A stretch of DNA of 64,000 nucleotides from Rhizaria sp. SCN 62-66 (Eukaryota), in contig MEDY01000053.1 in the NCBI GenBank assembly GCA_001724265.1, positions 1 to 64,000 of the forward strand. The letters are read 5' to 3'. Numbering within the stretch: the first letter of the stretch is position 1; the number at the start of each line of letters is the position of its first letter. The translations under genes and the position numbers were made by a program. Below, in pieces: positions 46,254 through 57,001 of the stretch. The notes beneath the pieces are model-generated. The model did not search any database. It was not told where the DNA came from and saw nothing but the letters and a program-made list of their open reading frames with translations.

Positions 46254-48067
46254 ATGCGCGCTGACCGCGAAACCTCCCGCCTGCTGCGCGAGGGCAGCTC
46301 TTCGGCCGCGGCCACGTCTTCCCTGTACGACGGCGGCGACGACACGGACCACGGCGCCCACTCGGAGGCAGCCCCCATCCTAGTCAAGGCCAACAACTCC
46401 AACACCGCCATGAGCTCTGCGGACAACGCGCAGTCCTTTGGCACCGCGTCGGGGGGCTTCTACGCCCCCAGCGCGGGCTCGGGCGACTACTACGCGCTCT
46501 CGGACGCGGACGTGGACCCCGAGCACCTGCGTCAGTTCGACCTCGTCGTCTCGATGCGCCAGGTCGACGTGATCCGCGGCCCAGTCAAGGGCATCCCCGC
46601 ACTCGACCTCTTCATGTCCTGGTGCGCCTTCTGCGGCGTGCTACCCAGCGCCGCGCTCTTCCACCCCACCTCGGGCACGCTCGACCTGCGCTCGCTCATG
46701 ATCCTCTCCTACCGCGCCTTCTTGTGGCTCGCGCTCGTCTTCATGACGCTCGTCGACATCGTCCACGCCGTGTCCCGTGAGGGCCCCTCGGCCTGGACCG
46801 CCGTCTCTATTGCCGTCTTTATGTTCCTCGCCTGCGCCGCGTCCTTCGGGCTTGCGCGCGACGTGTTGCGGCGCCAGGTCATCCAGACGCGTGTGACCCA
46901 GGTGCTCACTAACTCAGGCGACCCCGAGCTCTCGCGCTCCTACCTCTCGGCGCGCTTCTACTTCTCGCTGGGCTTCGCCGTGCTCGTCACCGCGCTGGGC
47001 GTTGTCGCCGACGTGCTTGACAGCTCCGCTTTCCTCCAGGACTCGTCTTCTCCACTCTCGTTGCGTCTGGGCCCCGGCGGCATCCTGCTGTACCGCGTCG
47101 CCTCCTTCTTCGTTCAGCTGCAGGTCACGGTGGGCATCACGGTCATCTCCGCGCTGCTTAGCGTCTTCCAGGTCCGCGTGCTCTCGGCCGCGCGTGCGCT
47201 CACCGTCGAGGAGGAGACCACGTCGGTCGAGCAGGCCATTCGCCGCCTCATCGACCTCGACATTACCGTTTCGCACGCCGCGCACAAGTACGCGCGCGAC
47301 ATGGCTATCGTGCTCCTCAGCTTCATCCTCAAGTTCTTCCTATCTGCAGTCTACCAGGTTCGTCATATTACGACAATATATACCGTCTTTGCGCTTCGTA
47401 TCATGCTACTCGTGTTAAGTCGTCTTTTGGTTCAGGTTTTAGTTCCGAATCTCCATATATCTCACCACAAATCATTTTTCTCTTCTTTCCTGCTTTACTC
47501 TTCTTGCGATGCATCTTTGTCCTCCCTCAGGTGACGTCCAACTCGAAGGACCGCTTCATCGCGCGCGAGCAGTTCGGCGTCGCGGCAGCCATCGACATGG
47601 TCGTGCAGCCGGGCATCGCGGCGCTCTTCCTGCTCATCTCCATCGGCGTGCTGAACCAGGAGATCGAGTACCTGCTCAAGGTCTGCGCGCGCTTTAGGTA
47701 CGTCACGCGAAACACGCACATTTGTCATCGGTGAGATACTGTATAGCTGCATATCAATGCTGGCTTTCGAGTTTCACTTTGTATTACGCTGTTTTATAAT
47801 TGCCCTATATCACAGAACATTCGATATCTCACAATACCCCCATAACCGCTTTCTGTCTCTTTGCCCTTGTACAGTTTGCGCCAGCGGTCGAAGCCGCAGC
47901 ACGACAAGAAGCTGGTTAAGGAGCTGCAGACGTACTCGAAGAACGGTGATTTCGATTTCCGCCTCTACGGCTTCGCGGTGACGCTGTCGACGGTGTGGAA
48001 GCTCGTCGCCGTGTCCGTGTCGACATACATCCTCCTGCTCCGCTTTAAGCGCTGGGGCATCATCTAA
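46254..48067 (+). CDS. Gustatory-receptor-like (7TM ion channel superfamily) membrane protein (~487 aa; exons 46254-47357, 47531-47697, 47875-48067)
   Basis: About 7 hydrophobic segments. The C-terminus FRLYGFAVTLSTVWKLVAVSVSTYILLLRF matches the GR/GRL TM7 signature (F..xGf.....TYhhhhhQF). Introns are frame-consistent. Confidence 0.7.
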
Positions 48068-48496
48068 GCATCCGCGACGCTTCACTGCGCTTAATGGGCT
48101 ACAAAGCAAGCAAGCGACTGCACGTGCTCATTGCGAGCTGTAGTTGTTGTGACAGGTGGGGTGTGTACGAGTAATACCTAGGAGTAATAAGAACAAATTA
48201 TGATTTATTGACTATTTTAATACAGAATGATATGAGTAATGAAAACAAGAAGCGAAATTGGAGCCTTGTCACTGACACTGAACTAGGAGAAGAAGAAAAA
48301 CGATGTGTATTAATCAACACATCGTTGTCTGGGTCAAGATATTCGCGTCATTGTTGCTTCTCCCTAGATGCATAATTGCATTATATTATTGTCAACTTAC
48401 ATGGAACATATTGTATTGGCTACTTAATTTTCTGACATGAGACTAACTATGATAAACTCATCGAGATATTTGTGTCATTGTTTCTTCTCAACAGCG

Positions 48497-51400
48497 ATGT
48501 GGCGGCAGCGTGTTTTGGCTGCCCAATCGCAGCCCACCGCTCTTTCCACAACTTCCCCGCCCACCCCGGCGTCTCCCACAGTCGCCCCCGCATTGTCAGC
48601 TCTTGCCCCTGCGCGCCACATAGAGCCCGCAGTTGACCGTGATACCGCGTCAACCTGGGGAGACGAAGACGAGCTATCACAACTTCAAGCCTCGACAATA
48701 TCTGCTTCCGCGGCTCATGTCGCTGCTGCTGTTAGCTCTGCAGACATGAGTGCATCGCAGCAACAGCGCAAGCGACGCGGCAGCGCCAAGCTTGCGGCGC
48801 CCGCGCTCCAGCCGACCTCTGAGGCGTCCCTCCGCAGCGAAAGCGCCGCCACCGCATGGCTCTCGTTTACCCCCCACCCGGTGTTTCCCGCCAAACTCGT
48901 GCGCCTCTCCTCCCTCTTCCCCCCGCCGCTCACCGCAGCGACGCCGCGATCCCCGGCCGACGCGGCGCAGGGCAGGGCGACGGTGGCGCTGCTGCCGCAG
49001 CCGCTGTCCGCGCCCGCGCTCGCAAGCGCCGCGCTGGTCGCGCTGGCCGACGGTCGTTCGCGTCCTCTTCCCGTCCCTCGGTCAAGCGCTCTCCAAGGCC
49101 AGGCCGCCGCAGGTGCCGCTGGCGGCGCGCGCGCTGCGTCGGCCGTGGCGTCGCTGGCGCTGGCGCCGCGGTTCGCGGCCGCGCCGCTGCTGCTCGTCGA
49201 CGGCGACCGCGGCCGCCGCGCCGCCGCCGCGGCCCGCCTGCGGGTGCTGCTGCCGACGGCCGTCGTCGCGACGACGGCCAGAGCGGCGGCCGGGCAGGCA
49301 GCGCCGCCGCATGCTGCTGCGAGCAACGCTGTTGTAGAGTCTGACGACGACGGCGACGGCGACGGCGACGGCGATACCGACTCGAGCGGCGCTACCGATT
49401 CGAGCGGCGTTAGCGCAAGTGGTGCCTGCGCAGCCACGATCGCGCCGCCGCCGCCGCTCGTGCTGCTGCTGTCTGCGCGCGCCGCGCTTGCGTTCGTGCG
49501 GCGGCAGCGGCGCGTCCCCGGCAACGCGCCCACCGTCATCCTCGCCCCGGCGACCGCGTGCTCAATCCCACGGTCACAGTCGCTCTCTGCGGAGGACACG
49601 GCAAGGGTGCTGTTGCAGCTGCTCTGCGCGCTGCCACGGAGGCACAGGCCTGCGGTGCTGGCGCTGGCGGAGACTGAGGCAGAGGCGGCGGTCACAGCTG
49701 CGGCGGCGAATGCTGCTGTCACCGCTGTTTCAACTATTCCACAGCCAAAGCCAACGTCCAGCTCTAAGTCGAAGCAGCTGCAGGTTTCCCCGAATGTATG
49801 CACTCTTGGTGTGAGGGTTGTGGAGTGGGATTGCACTTATAACCCGCCTTTTACACGCGTATTCTCTGCTACAGACGATCACGAGCAGCTATCACATGAC
49901 TCTGACCAGCAACTCATGGGTTTGGCGACTCTAACACTCCAGTCCTCTGTGGCAAAGTCATCCGCCCCCGCTGCTTCTGTCGCGGAGACGGTGGCCGAGG
50001 CAGTGCTCTCGCTGCTGGTCGGCGACAGCGACGCTACCGTCGACGCGGCCGTGGCTGCCGCGAAGCAGCGGGACGCCGCGGCTGTGCGCGCGCGCTGGGC
50101 CCGGACGCAGGCTCTGCGGGCCGCGGCTGCCGTCAACACGAACAAGACGGACATCGACGCGAGCAGCGGTGAGAGCAGCGATGTTGATGTCATTGAGAGC
50201 GGCGACGACAACGCCGAGAGTGCAAGCGACAGCGACGTGATCACGCTGTCCGACAGCGACGACGACAATACTCACATCGCGACTAAGAAGAACACGAACG
50301 CAAACGCTCTCTTGATGCGCGACCACGATAGCGGTAGCGACAGCGACGCGACTCCGCGGAGCAAGGCGTTGACGCAAGCTCTGCCGCGCCCGCCTCTTCC
50401 CCCGCATGCCTTGACGGCCGCCGCAGCGACCGCGGTAGCGTCTCTCTCAGTCACGCACAGACCCGCAACCGCGCTGACTGCGGCGGCCGTGGCGGCGGTG
50501 CTCGCGACCAGGGACGCGCGCGCGCTCGTCACTACAGTCACCGCGCTGCCGAAACCGGCTCCGGTCTTTGCCACCGCTGCCGCCGCCGCCGCGCAGTCCG
50601 CGGCGCAGTGCGGGGATGTCGCGGTGTACTTGCCCGACGCCGCCGCGGCGCGGCTGTGCGCGCGCTTGCTCTCGGTGGCCGCCGCTGACTGGCCCCCCGG
50701 CCCCGCGCCCGCGCCCGCGGTGCTGCTGCTGCAGCCCGGGGACGCTGCCGCCGCGGTCGCCGCCGAGGCCGACGCGGCGGACACGGCGGCCGCGGCCGCG
50801 CACGCGCGCCGCCGCCGCGAGCGCAGTCGCGCGGAAGGCCGCAGTCTTAGCAGTCTCGATGCAGAGCCCACGGAGTCCTCCGCGGACGCAGACCGGCCGT
50901 GGCGGCGACCTCGGCGCGTGTTCGTGACTGGCGCGCCGCTGGCGGCCTTGAGCGGCGTGCCGGCCGTGCGCGTCGCGGTCGACGCAGCGCGCGTGGCCCT
51001 GCCGTGGGCCTTTTTTCTGCCGCCGCACTCGACAGCGACTGCTGCAGTCACTGCTGCTGCTTCCGTCGCTGCTGTTGTCGCGGCCGCGCAGCGGTGGGCC
51101 ACCGCGGCGGGCGCGAGTGTCGCGCTCGAGACGGCGACGCCGCGGTGGCTGTCGCATCGCCGCGCCCAGCTCGTCGCGGCCGGCCCCGCCGCTGCGCCTG
51201 TGTTGCACCTGGGCGCCAACGATACCCAAGGGGACGACAGTGAAACCGCGAATGGCGGCGGCAGTGGCGGCGAGTACGGCGTGTACATCACACTCGGCAG
51301 TGCCCTTGCGCCGCGCAGTGCACGTGACAACGAGCTTGGCAGTGATGCGTTTACTCTCAGTGACTGCGAGCGTGGATTGATGTCGCCGGCACTCGCTCTT

Positions 51401-53443
51401 GCTGCCTTGGCGTCGCCGCCGCACCTGCTGCCAACCACAAACGCGTTTGCGCGCGCTCGCGCTCTCGCTACACTGGCCTCATTGCAACTGCTTACACCGA
51501 CCTCAGGTAACAACAGTCACAGTCTGAATCTGTCCGCGAGCGCCGCTTCGATGGAGACTCCTGCCATCTCACTGCTGGGCTCGCTTGTCGCCGCACTGAG
51601 CCCGCCGCTGCCACCGTTTTTAGCGCGTGGTCTCTTGCTTGCGCTCCGTGCCGGCTGCGCTGCCACATTCGCCGCGCTTGCTGCCGTCATCTCAGTCTCT
51701 CTCGAAGCATCCGCTGTTAATGACAGCAACGAAAGCAATAACGATGACAGTGATGCAAGCGTGAAACATGATGACTCTCTGACTGGAGTCGACCCGCTGC
51801 GTGTGTTCTCGCCCCGCCGCGCCGCCGCCGCCCGCACGCGCGCGTTTGCAACCACCCGCGGCCGCTCCGCGCTGCGCGGGGTGCGCCAGGGCCGCCGCGC
51901 GGCGGGCGACGCGGTGCGCGCGCTCTCGCTCGCGGGCAGCTTCGCCAACGACAGCGCGGCTGCGAACGCCGCCGTGGTCGCCGTGGCGGCTGCGACGACT
52001 GCTGCGACGTCGAACAGCGCAGGCGGCCTGAGCAACAGCGGTAGCAGCGGCAACGGCGGCGGGGCGTTTGTTGCGACTGGAGACGTTGGCGCTTTGTGGG
52101 GCGGTGACATCACAGCTTTGTGCGCTGTCATGGCCGAGGCACAGCGGCAACGGCAGTTGGCGACTGACCCACGCCACATCAGTTCGAAGAGCAGCAACGA
52201 CTCTCGTACTAGTAGCAAGCGAGGGCGCTTTGACGTGCGACACGAGCGTGACAGTGAAAGCGACCGCAGTGCGAGTGATGACCACGGCGGCAGCGACGAC
52301 GACGTTTACATCGGCGCCCGCCCTCTCGCCAGCCCCATAGCTGCGACCGGGGCAAAGTCATCGAAAGCACGGAAATCAGGGAAATCTGTCTCCGCAGTGG
52401 ATCCAACTGACGACAGTGCAGCTGTTGCCAAGTGGGCCCGCGGGGCTGGCCTGAACGCGCCCACGGTCACTGCGGCGCTGCGGCGGCTTGACTTCCTGCA
52501 GACCCGCCTCGCCCGTCTCGCACCGCTCACGCTGGACGCTCTGCGCCAAGCCGAGGTCGACGCCGCGCTGTCTGCCTCGACTGCCGCGACGACCGCAACT
52601 GCAGTAGTCGCAGACACGACCGCTGCGACCGCGGCAGCAGCTGCGCTGTTCGACGCCGCGTCGGCGCGCGTCCCCGGGCTGCGCGCAGCGCACGCGGCCC
52701 CGCACGCGCTGCGCGCCGCCGCGGACGAGTGCGGCACCGCCGAGGCCCGCGCCCGCGCCGCGCTGTGTCTGCTGGCGGGCGGTGCGGCGGCCGCCGCGGC
52801 GGCGTACGTCGGCGTCCGCGTGCGCGCGGCGACAGGCACCGCGGGCCACGCGTGGGCCCCGCTGGCTGCCGGCGGCGCCGATGCGGGCGTCGTGCTATTT
52901 GCCGACGACGAGAGCGCGCTGACAGCTGCGATCCCAGAGACTAACGCCCCCGCAGCAGCAGGGACAGGGGCCGTGACTTCTGCAGTGCCTCTTGTTGTGG
53001 CTTTCCTCGCTGTTGAGATGGACCCTGCATCACTCTCAGAAGTATCACAGTCACAACGACGTTCGCAGTCTCACACTGCTCAGGGCGTGATGCGCGGCGT
53101 GTTTCCCGTCGCAGACCCTGCGCTGTTGCCCGCGCTTGCCCCGCACGTGTTCACATCTCCATCGTACTCTACAGCAGCAGCTGCCGCAACAGCAGCGGGG
53201 ACCCGCAACGGTAGCAGCTCAACCAGTCAAACTGCGAGTGTCAACGACGGCGGGCTCGAACAAGTGCTCGACGCTGCTGTCGCCCGCGTCATTGCGCGCG
53301 AGACGGGCGCTGCGCTGCCTGATGCGGTTGAGGCGGAGGCTGCTGCGGATGCGGACCGGTACGACATCAGGCGCGGGGTGGGGCGCGAGCGCGTGATTCA
53401 GTCAGGGCCTGAGAAAGGAAAAATCCTGCGTGACGTATTTTAA
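48497..53443 (+). CDS. Degenerate DEAH/RHA-family helicase-like protein, probable pseudo-helicase (~1648 aa; in-frame upstream ATG at 48437)
   Basis: Relic motifs in the correct order: LLLVDGDRGR (II), LLLSARA (III), GDVAVYLPD (IV), RRVFVTGAPLAALSGVPAVRVAVDA (V), HRRAQLVAAG (VI), HA2-like ISLLGSLVAALSPPLPPFLARGLL...GC...LAAVISV, GDITALC and KWARGAGLN. Confidence 0.65.
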   Translation: MWRQRVLAAQSQPTALSTTSPPTPASPTVAPALSALAPARHIEPAVDRDTASTWGDEDELSQLQASTISASAAHVAAAVSSADMSASQQQRKRRGSAKLAAPALQPTSEASLRSESAATAWLSFTPHPVFPAKLVRLSSLFPPPLTAATPRSPADAAQGRATVALLPQPLSAPALASAALVALADGRSRPLPVPRSSALQGQAAAGAAGGARAASAVASLALAPRFAAAPLLLVDGDRGRRAAAAARLRVLLPTAVVATTARAAAGQAAPPHAAASNAVVESDDDGDGDGDGDTDSSGATDSSGVSASGACAATIAPPPPLVLLLSARAALAFVRRQRRVPGNAPTVILAPATACSIPRSQSLSAEDTARVLLQLLCALPRRHRPAVLALAETEAEAAVTAAAANAAVTAVSTIPQPKPTSSSKSKQLQVSPNVCTLGVRVVEWDCTYNPPFTRVFSATDDHEQLSHDSDQQLMGLATLTLQSSVAKSSAPAASVAETVAEAVLSLLVGDSDATVDAAVAAAKQRDAAAVRARWARTQALRAAAAVNTNKTDIDASSGESSDVDVIESGDDNAESASDSDVITLSDSDDDNTHIATKKNTNANALLMRDHDSGSDSDATPRSKALTQALPRPPLPPHALTAAAATAVASLSVTHRPATALTAAAVAAVLATRDARALVTTVTALPKPAPVFATAAAAAAQSAAQCGDVAVYLPDAAAARLCARLLSVAAADWPPGPAPAPAVLLLQPGDAAAAVAAEADAADTAAAAAHARRRRERSRAEGRSLSSLDAEPTESSADADRPWRRPRRVFVTGAPLAALSGVPAVRVAVDAARVALPWAFFLPPHSTATAAVTAAASVAAVVAAAQRWATAAGASVALETATPRWLSHRRAQLVAAGPAAAPVLHLGANDTQGDDSETANGGGSGGEYGVYITLGSALAPRSARDNELGSDAFTLSDCERGLMSPALALAALASPPHLLPTTNAFARARALATLASLQLLTPTSGNNSHSLNLSASAASMETPAISLLGSLVAALSPPLPPFLARGLLLALRAGCAATFAALAAVISVSLEASAVNDSNESNNDDSDASVKHDDSLTGVDPLRVFSPRRAAAARTRAFATTRGRSALRGVRQGRRAAGDAVRALSLAGSFANDSAAANAAVVAVAAATTAATSNSAGGLSNSGSSGNGGGAFVATGDVGALWGGDITALCAVMAEAQRQRQLATDPRHISSKSSNDSRTSSKRGRFDVRHERDSESDRSASDDHGGSDDDVYIGARPLASPIAATGAKSSKARKSGKSVSAVDPTDDSAAVAKWARGAGLNAPTVTAALRRLDFLQTRLARLAPLTLDALRQAEVDAALSASTAATTATAVVADTTAATAAAAALFDAASARVPGLRAAHAAPHALRAAADECGTAEARARAALCLLAGGAAAAAAAYVGVRVRAATGTAGHAWAPLAAGGADAGVVLFADDESALTAAIPETNAPAAAGTGAVTSAVPLVVAFLAVEMDPASLSEVSQSQRRSQSHTAQGVMRGVFPVADPALLPALAPHVFTSPSYSTAAAAATAAGTRNGSSSTSQTASVNDGGLEQVLDAAVARVIARETGAALPDAVEAEAAADADRYDIRRGVGRERVIQSGPEKGKILRDVF

Positions 53444-53701
53444 CAAAGGAGTGTCCATTTGTTCTTTAGTTTAAGGTATATAGTTTCTCAATGTTTATTT
53501 AGGTAATACGAATAAAATATCGTTTATTTTTATGTAGATACATGAATTGGCAATCATTTTGGCCATCATTTTGCAAGAAGAGTTCCAAGCATCCAATCAC
53601 TCACCAAGAGCTCACCAATCGAAGCTTCCGAAGTTCTTCCAAACAACAATAGTCATAACAACACCTCCCCAGCGGTCTCAACACCGCGCTCAGACTCATT
53701 C

Positions 53702-56700
53702 TCAGTCCTCGTAGTCGTCGAGGTCCTCCTCGCCGCCCGCGTCCTCTTCGCCGCGCAGATCGTCCATGGCGCGCGCGAGCTTCGCAAAGGCCTTGTCGAG
53801 CTTGCGCAGCGACTTGACACGCTGCCGCACGCCCTTGCGCAGTCGCTTAAACGCGCGCTTGCACTCGCGGTAGTCGCCGTCACTGGCCGCCGCGAGCGCG
53901 CACCGGTGGCGCGGCGAGAAGGCCCGCACCGGCGCCGCGAAGGGCGTCCACGACGACGCGTACGCGCGCTGGAGTTTCGCGGCGATCGCCCCAGCGTGCG
54001 AGGCCAGCTGAGAGGCGGCTGCGTCCACCACAGCGGCCTCGTACACGCGCGGGGACAGCGCCGCGGTCGTCGCGGAGGCGATGCGGTCGCGCTGCATCGC
54101 TTCAGTCGCGCGTTCAAGCAGCAGCGACACGGGAGCGGAGTCGTTGCCGTCGGCGAGCGCGAAAGCAGGGGGAGGCGTGCCCGCCGTGGCGAGGTCCGCG
54201 GGCAGCGGGGCCGTGTAGTCGCCGAGCAGCGCGGCGGCGTAGCGCGCGATGCTGGGGCAGGAGGCGTCGGGGAGCCCCGTCTGCTGCGCGAAGGAAAAGG
54301 TGCGCACCCACATGCTCTCGCGGTTCGCGGTGAGCTGTCCGCTGCCACCGCCGTGAGACGAGGAGGCGGTGACGCCGGCGCTGGAGCCCAGGGAGTAGGA
54401 AGGTGACGCCGCGGACGCGGACGGGGACATGAGCGCCGCCTCGGCCTCGGCGGCGGCAAACACGGTGGCCGCTGAGGCCTGCTCGCTCGACAGCGGCAGC
54501 GCCCAGTCCTCCCAGTCCCGCAGCACCAGCCGCACGGGCTTGCCACTACCGCCGCCGCCGCCGAGGCTGCCGGAGCCAATAAGCAAGCCCGGCGTGGCGG
54601 CGCCCAGCGCGGAGCGGCCCGCGAGCAGGATGCTGGCGGCGGACCCGGTGCCCCGGTGCGGCGCGGGCGCGAAGTCGAGCCGGCGCACGGCCAGGCCGCC
54701 GCCCTTGCGCGGAGAGCCGCCCGCGGCGACGAGCGCGCACACGGGCACCGTCGTGCCCGCCGCGGCCGCGTTGGTGCCTGCCGGGTCGTGCGACGCGAAG
54801 GGCCGCAGCGTGACGGGGACGGCGCGGACCTCGTTGCGGGACAGGTCGCCGTAGAGCGAGGCCAGCGTGATGTCCGCGTAGCGCGCGAGCACGGAGAAGA
54901 GGTGCTGCTCCTGCAGCGGGTCCATGCCCGACTTGGCGCCCGGCGGCACGTGCGACATGAAGATCACGTCGGTGCCCGCGGCGCGCGCGGCGGCGAACTC
55001 CTTCTCGAGCCACTGCCACTGCAACGACATGGCGCGCAGCGCGGCCTTGCGCGCGGCGATAAGGCGCTGCTGCTCGGGGGTGGGGCCGCGGCGCGCCTCG
55101 GCCGGCAGCGGCTCCAGCGCGTCGGCGCCGTAGACGGAGGCGTAGTAGGCCTCGGCGGCCGCGGACGAAGCCGGCTCGGCGTCGGTGAAGGGCGCTGGCA
55201 CGAAGGGCGAAGCGAGCTCGTCGTAGGCGTCCGGCTGGAACAGCATCGTGTTGGCCACAATCACGCGCACGGCCACGCGCGGCGCCGCGTTGCTTTCGCT
55301 CCCCGCAGAGTCACTGTTTCCGTCGTTGGCGGAGTTGAGGTTGGACGTAGGGAGCATGACGGTGACGGCGTGGTAGCCGCCGCGCTCAAAGGCGTCCCTC
55401 TGCGGCGACGTCAGGTCCGTCACCGGCGCCGTCGCACCCCTGCGCGCGCGCGCCGCGGCCACGGCGGCCGAGGTCGAGGTGAGCATGCGCGCGCGGCCGT
55501 CGGGCCCCTTGGAGCCGACGTCGACCTCGAAGTCGAAGAGCGGGGCCAGGTCGCGCCACAGACGCGCGTGCTCGTCCGCGCTGGGCCGGTCCGGCGGCGA
55601 GTAGTCGTGGTTCCCGGGCGCAAAGACGATCGCGGCCGCCGGGAACGCGGCGCGCAGCTCGGCGGCCGCCTGGCGCTGCACGGCGGCGCGGATCGCGGGG
55701 CACGCGACGCCGTGCGCGACGACGTCGCCCGTCAGCAGCACCAGCGCGGGCGCGGCGTCGGCGGCGCGGATGCGGTGCAGCTGCGCCTGCAGCCCCGCCA
55801 GGGGCGCGTCGCAGCCCGGCACGCCCAGCGCGTGCTCGGGGCCCAGCGAGGCCGCAGCCACGGGCAGCGAGCGGTTGCCCACAAAGGAAAAGAGCGGGTG
55901 CGGCAGAATCGTGTTGGCGTGCCCACGCGGGCCAGCGACGCCCGCGGCGGCGGCCTGCGCGGTGGCGGCGGCGCACAGCGCGGCGTCGTCCTCGGCGTCG
56001 GCGGGCGAGTCGTGCGAGCGGCACAGGCGGCGCGCCGAGTCGAGCGTGCCGCTGAAGTAGGGCTCCACGTGCAGGTCAGAGATGTGCCACACGCCGCCGC
56101 TAAACGGGGCGCGGTTCGCAGCGCCCGCATTGCTGTTGTGGGACGACTCGAGGAGAGACGCGGACGCCTTGGCGGCTTCAGCAGCAGCAGCAGCAGCAGC
56201 AGCAGCTGCGGCTGCTGCGGCGGCAGCCTTGGCCTTGGCCTCAGCATCGGCCTTAGCCTTAGCCGCTTTGGCAGCTCTCTCAGCGGTGCGCTTGCGGTCG
56301 GCCTCAAGCTGGAGCTCCGAGGGCATCATAGTAAAGCCGCCCGAGTGCGCGGGCGCCGGCAGCAGCGTTCCGTCCTCACTCTCAGCAGGCTCCGTCGCAG
56401 TCGTCTCATCGCTGCCGCCAGCAGCGGACTCCGAGCCAGAGTCACTGGAGCTAGAGCTAGTGCCAGAGCCTGTGCCTGCGGCGTCGGTGGACGACTTGGA
56501 AGTGCCGAATGCGGCGTCAACGAGGGAGGCGATTGTGCTACCGGGAGTGTAGAGCTTGACTGACACAGTCTCAGTCTCGTGCGCAGGCTCGGCAGTGGCG
56601 GCAGTGCCAGCGTTCGAGTCCGAGTCAGAAGCGGTCTGCTTTGCATCAGTCGCCGCGGCCGCTGCAGTATCAGCGGCGGGTGTTGCGGGGGCGTGCGGGT

Positions 56701-57001
56701 ATATCGAGGCTGCTACCGACGAGGCGGACTCGAACAAAGCATTGCTGACAGTACTGCTGCTGCTGTTGCTCGCGGGAGAGTTATCAGCGGTGTCTGCGCC
56801 GGCGAAGGTTCTAGTGCGGCGGTTGTGCAGGTGCGTGACGCCGTAGAAGAAGAGCGCCGCGACGCACATCAGCACGATGACGACGAAGACGCGTTTGCGC
56901 GTGAGCGACGCGGCCTCCTCGCGGTTCGACATGCGGCGGTGCTGGTTGCTGTTGAGCGAGTGGCCGCGGGCCATGTAGGACGGCGCGTTGACCGCAGCCA
57001 T
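53702..57001 (-). CDS. Type II membrane metallophosphoesterase, acid sphingomyelinase-like (SMPDL3/Ppn1-like), 1099 aa
   Basis: N-terminal TM (VFVVIVLMCVAALFFYGV), WHISDLH, GCDAP, LLTGDVVAH, PGNHD, SHVPPG and a C-terminal HRCAL...YREC Cys pair. Confidence 0.82.
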   Translation of the reverse strand: MAAVNAPSYMARGHSLNSNQHRRMSNREEAASLTRKRVFVVIVLMCVAALFFYGVTHLHNRRTRTFAGADTADNSPASNSSSSTVSNALFESASSVAASIYPHAPATPAADTAAAAATDAKQTASDSDSNAGTAATAEPAHETETVSVKLYTPGSTIASLVDAAFGTSKSSTDAAGTGSGTSSSSSDSGSESAAGGSDETTATEPAESEDGTLLPAPAHSGGFTMMPSELQLEADRKRTAERAAKAAKAKADAEAKAKAAAAAAAAAAAAAAAAEAAKASASLLESSHNSNAGAANRAPFSGGVWHISDLHVEPYFSGTLDSARRLCRSHDSPADAEDDAALCAAATAQAAAAGVAGPRGHANTILPHPLFSFVGNRSLPVAAASLGPEHALGVPGCDAPLAGLQAQLHRIRAADAAPALVLLTGDVVAHGVACPAIRAAVQRQAAAELRAAFPAAAIVFAPGNHDYSPPDRPSADEHARLWRDLAPLFDFEVDVGSKGPDGRARMLTSTSAAVAAARARRGATAPVTDLTSPQRDAFERGGYHAVTVMLPTSNLNSANDGNSDSAGSESNAAPRVAVRVIVANTMLFQPDAYDELASPFVPAPFTDAEPASSAAAEAYYASVYGADALEPLPAEARRGPTPEQQRLIAARKAALRAMSLQWQWLEKEFAAARAAGTDVIFMSHVPPGAKSGMDPLQEQHLFSVLARYADITLASLYGDLSRNEVRAVPVTLRPFASHDPAGTNAAAAGTTVPVCALVAAGGSPRKGGGLAVRRLDFAPAPHRGTGSAASILLAGRSALGAATPGLLIGSGSLGGGGGSGKPVRLVLRDWEDWALPLSSEQASAATVFAAAEAEAALMSPSASAASPSYSLGSSAGVTASSSHGGGSGQLTANRESMWVRTFSFAQQTGLPDASCPSIARYAAALLGDYTAPLPADLATAGTPPPAFALADGNDSAPVSLLLERATEAMQRDRIASATTAALSPRVYEAAVVDAAASQLASHAGAIAAKLQRAYASSWTPFAAPVRAFSPRHRCALAAASDGDYRECKRAFKRLRKGVRQRVKSLRKLDKAFAKLARAMDDLRGEEDAGGEEDLDDYED

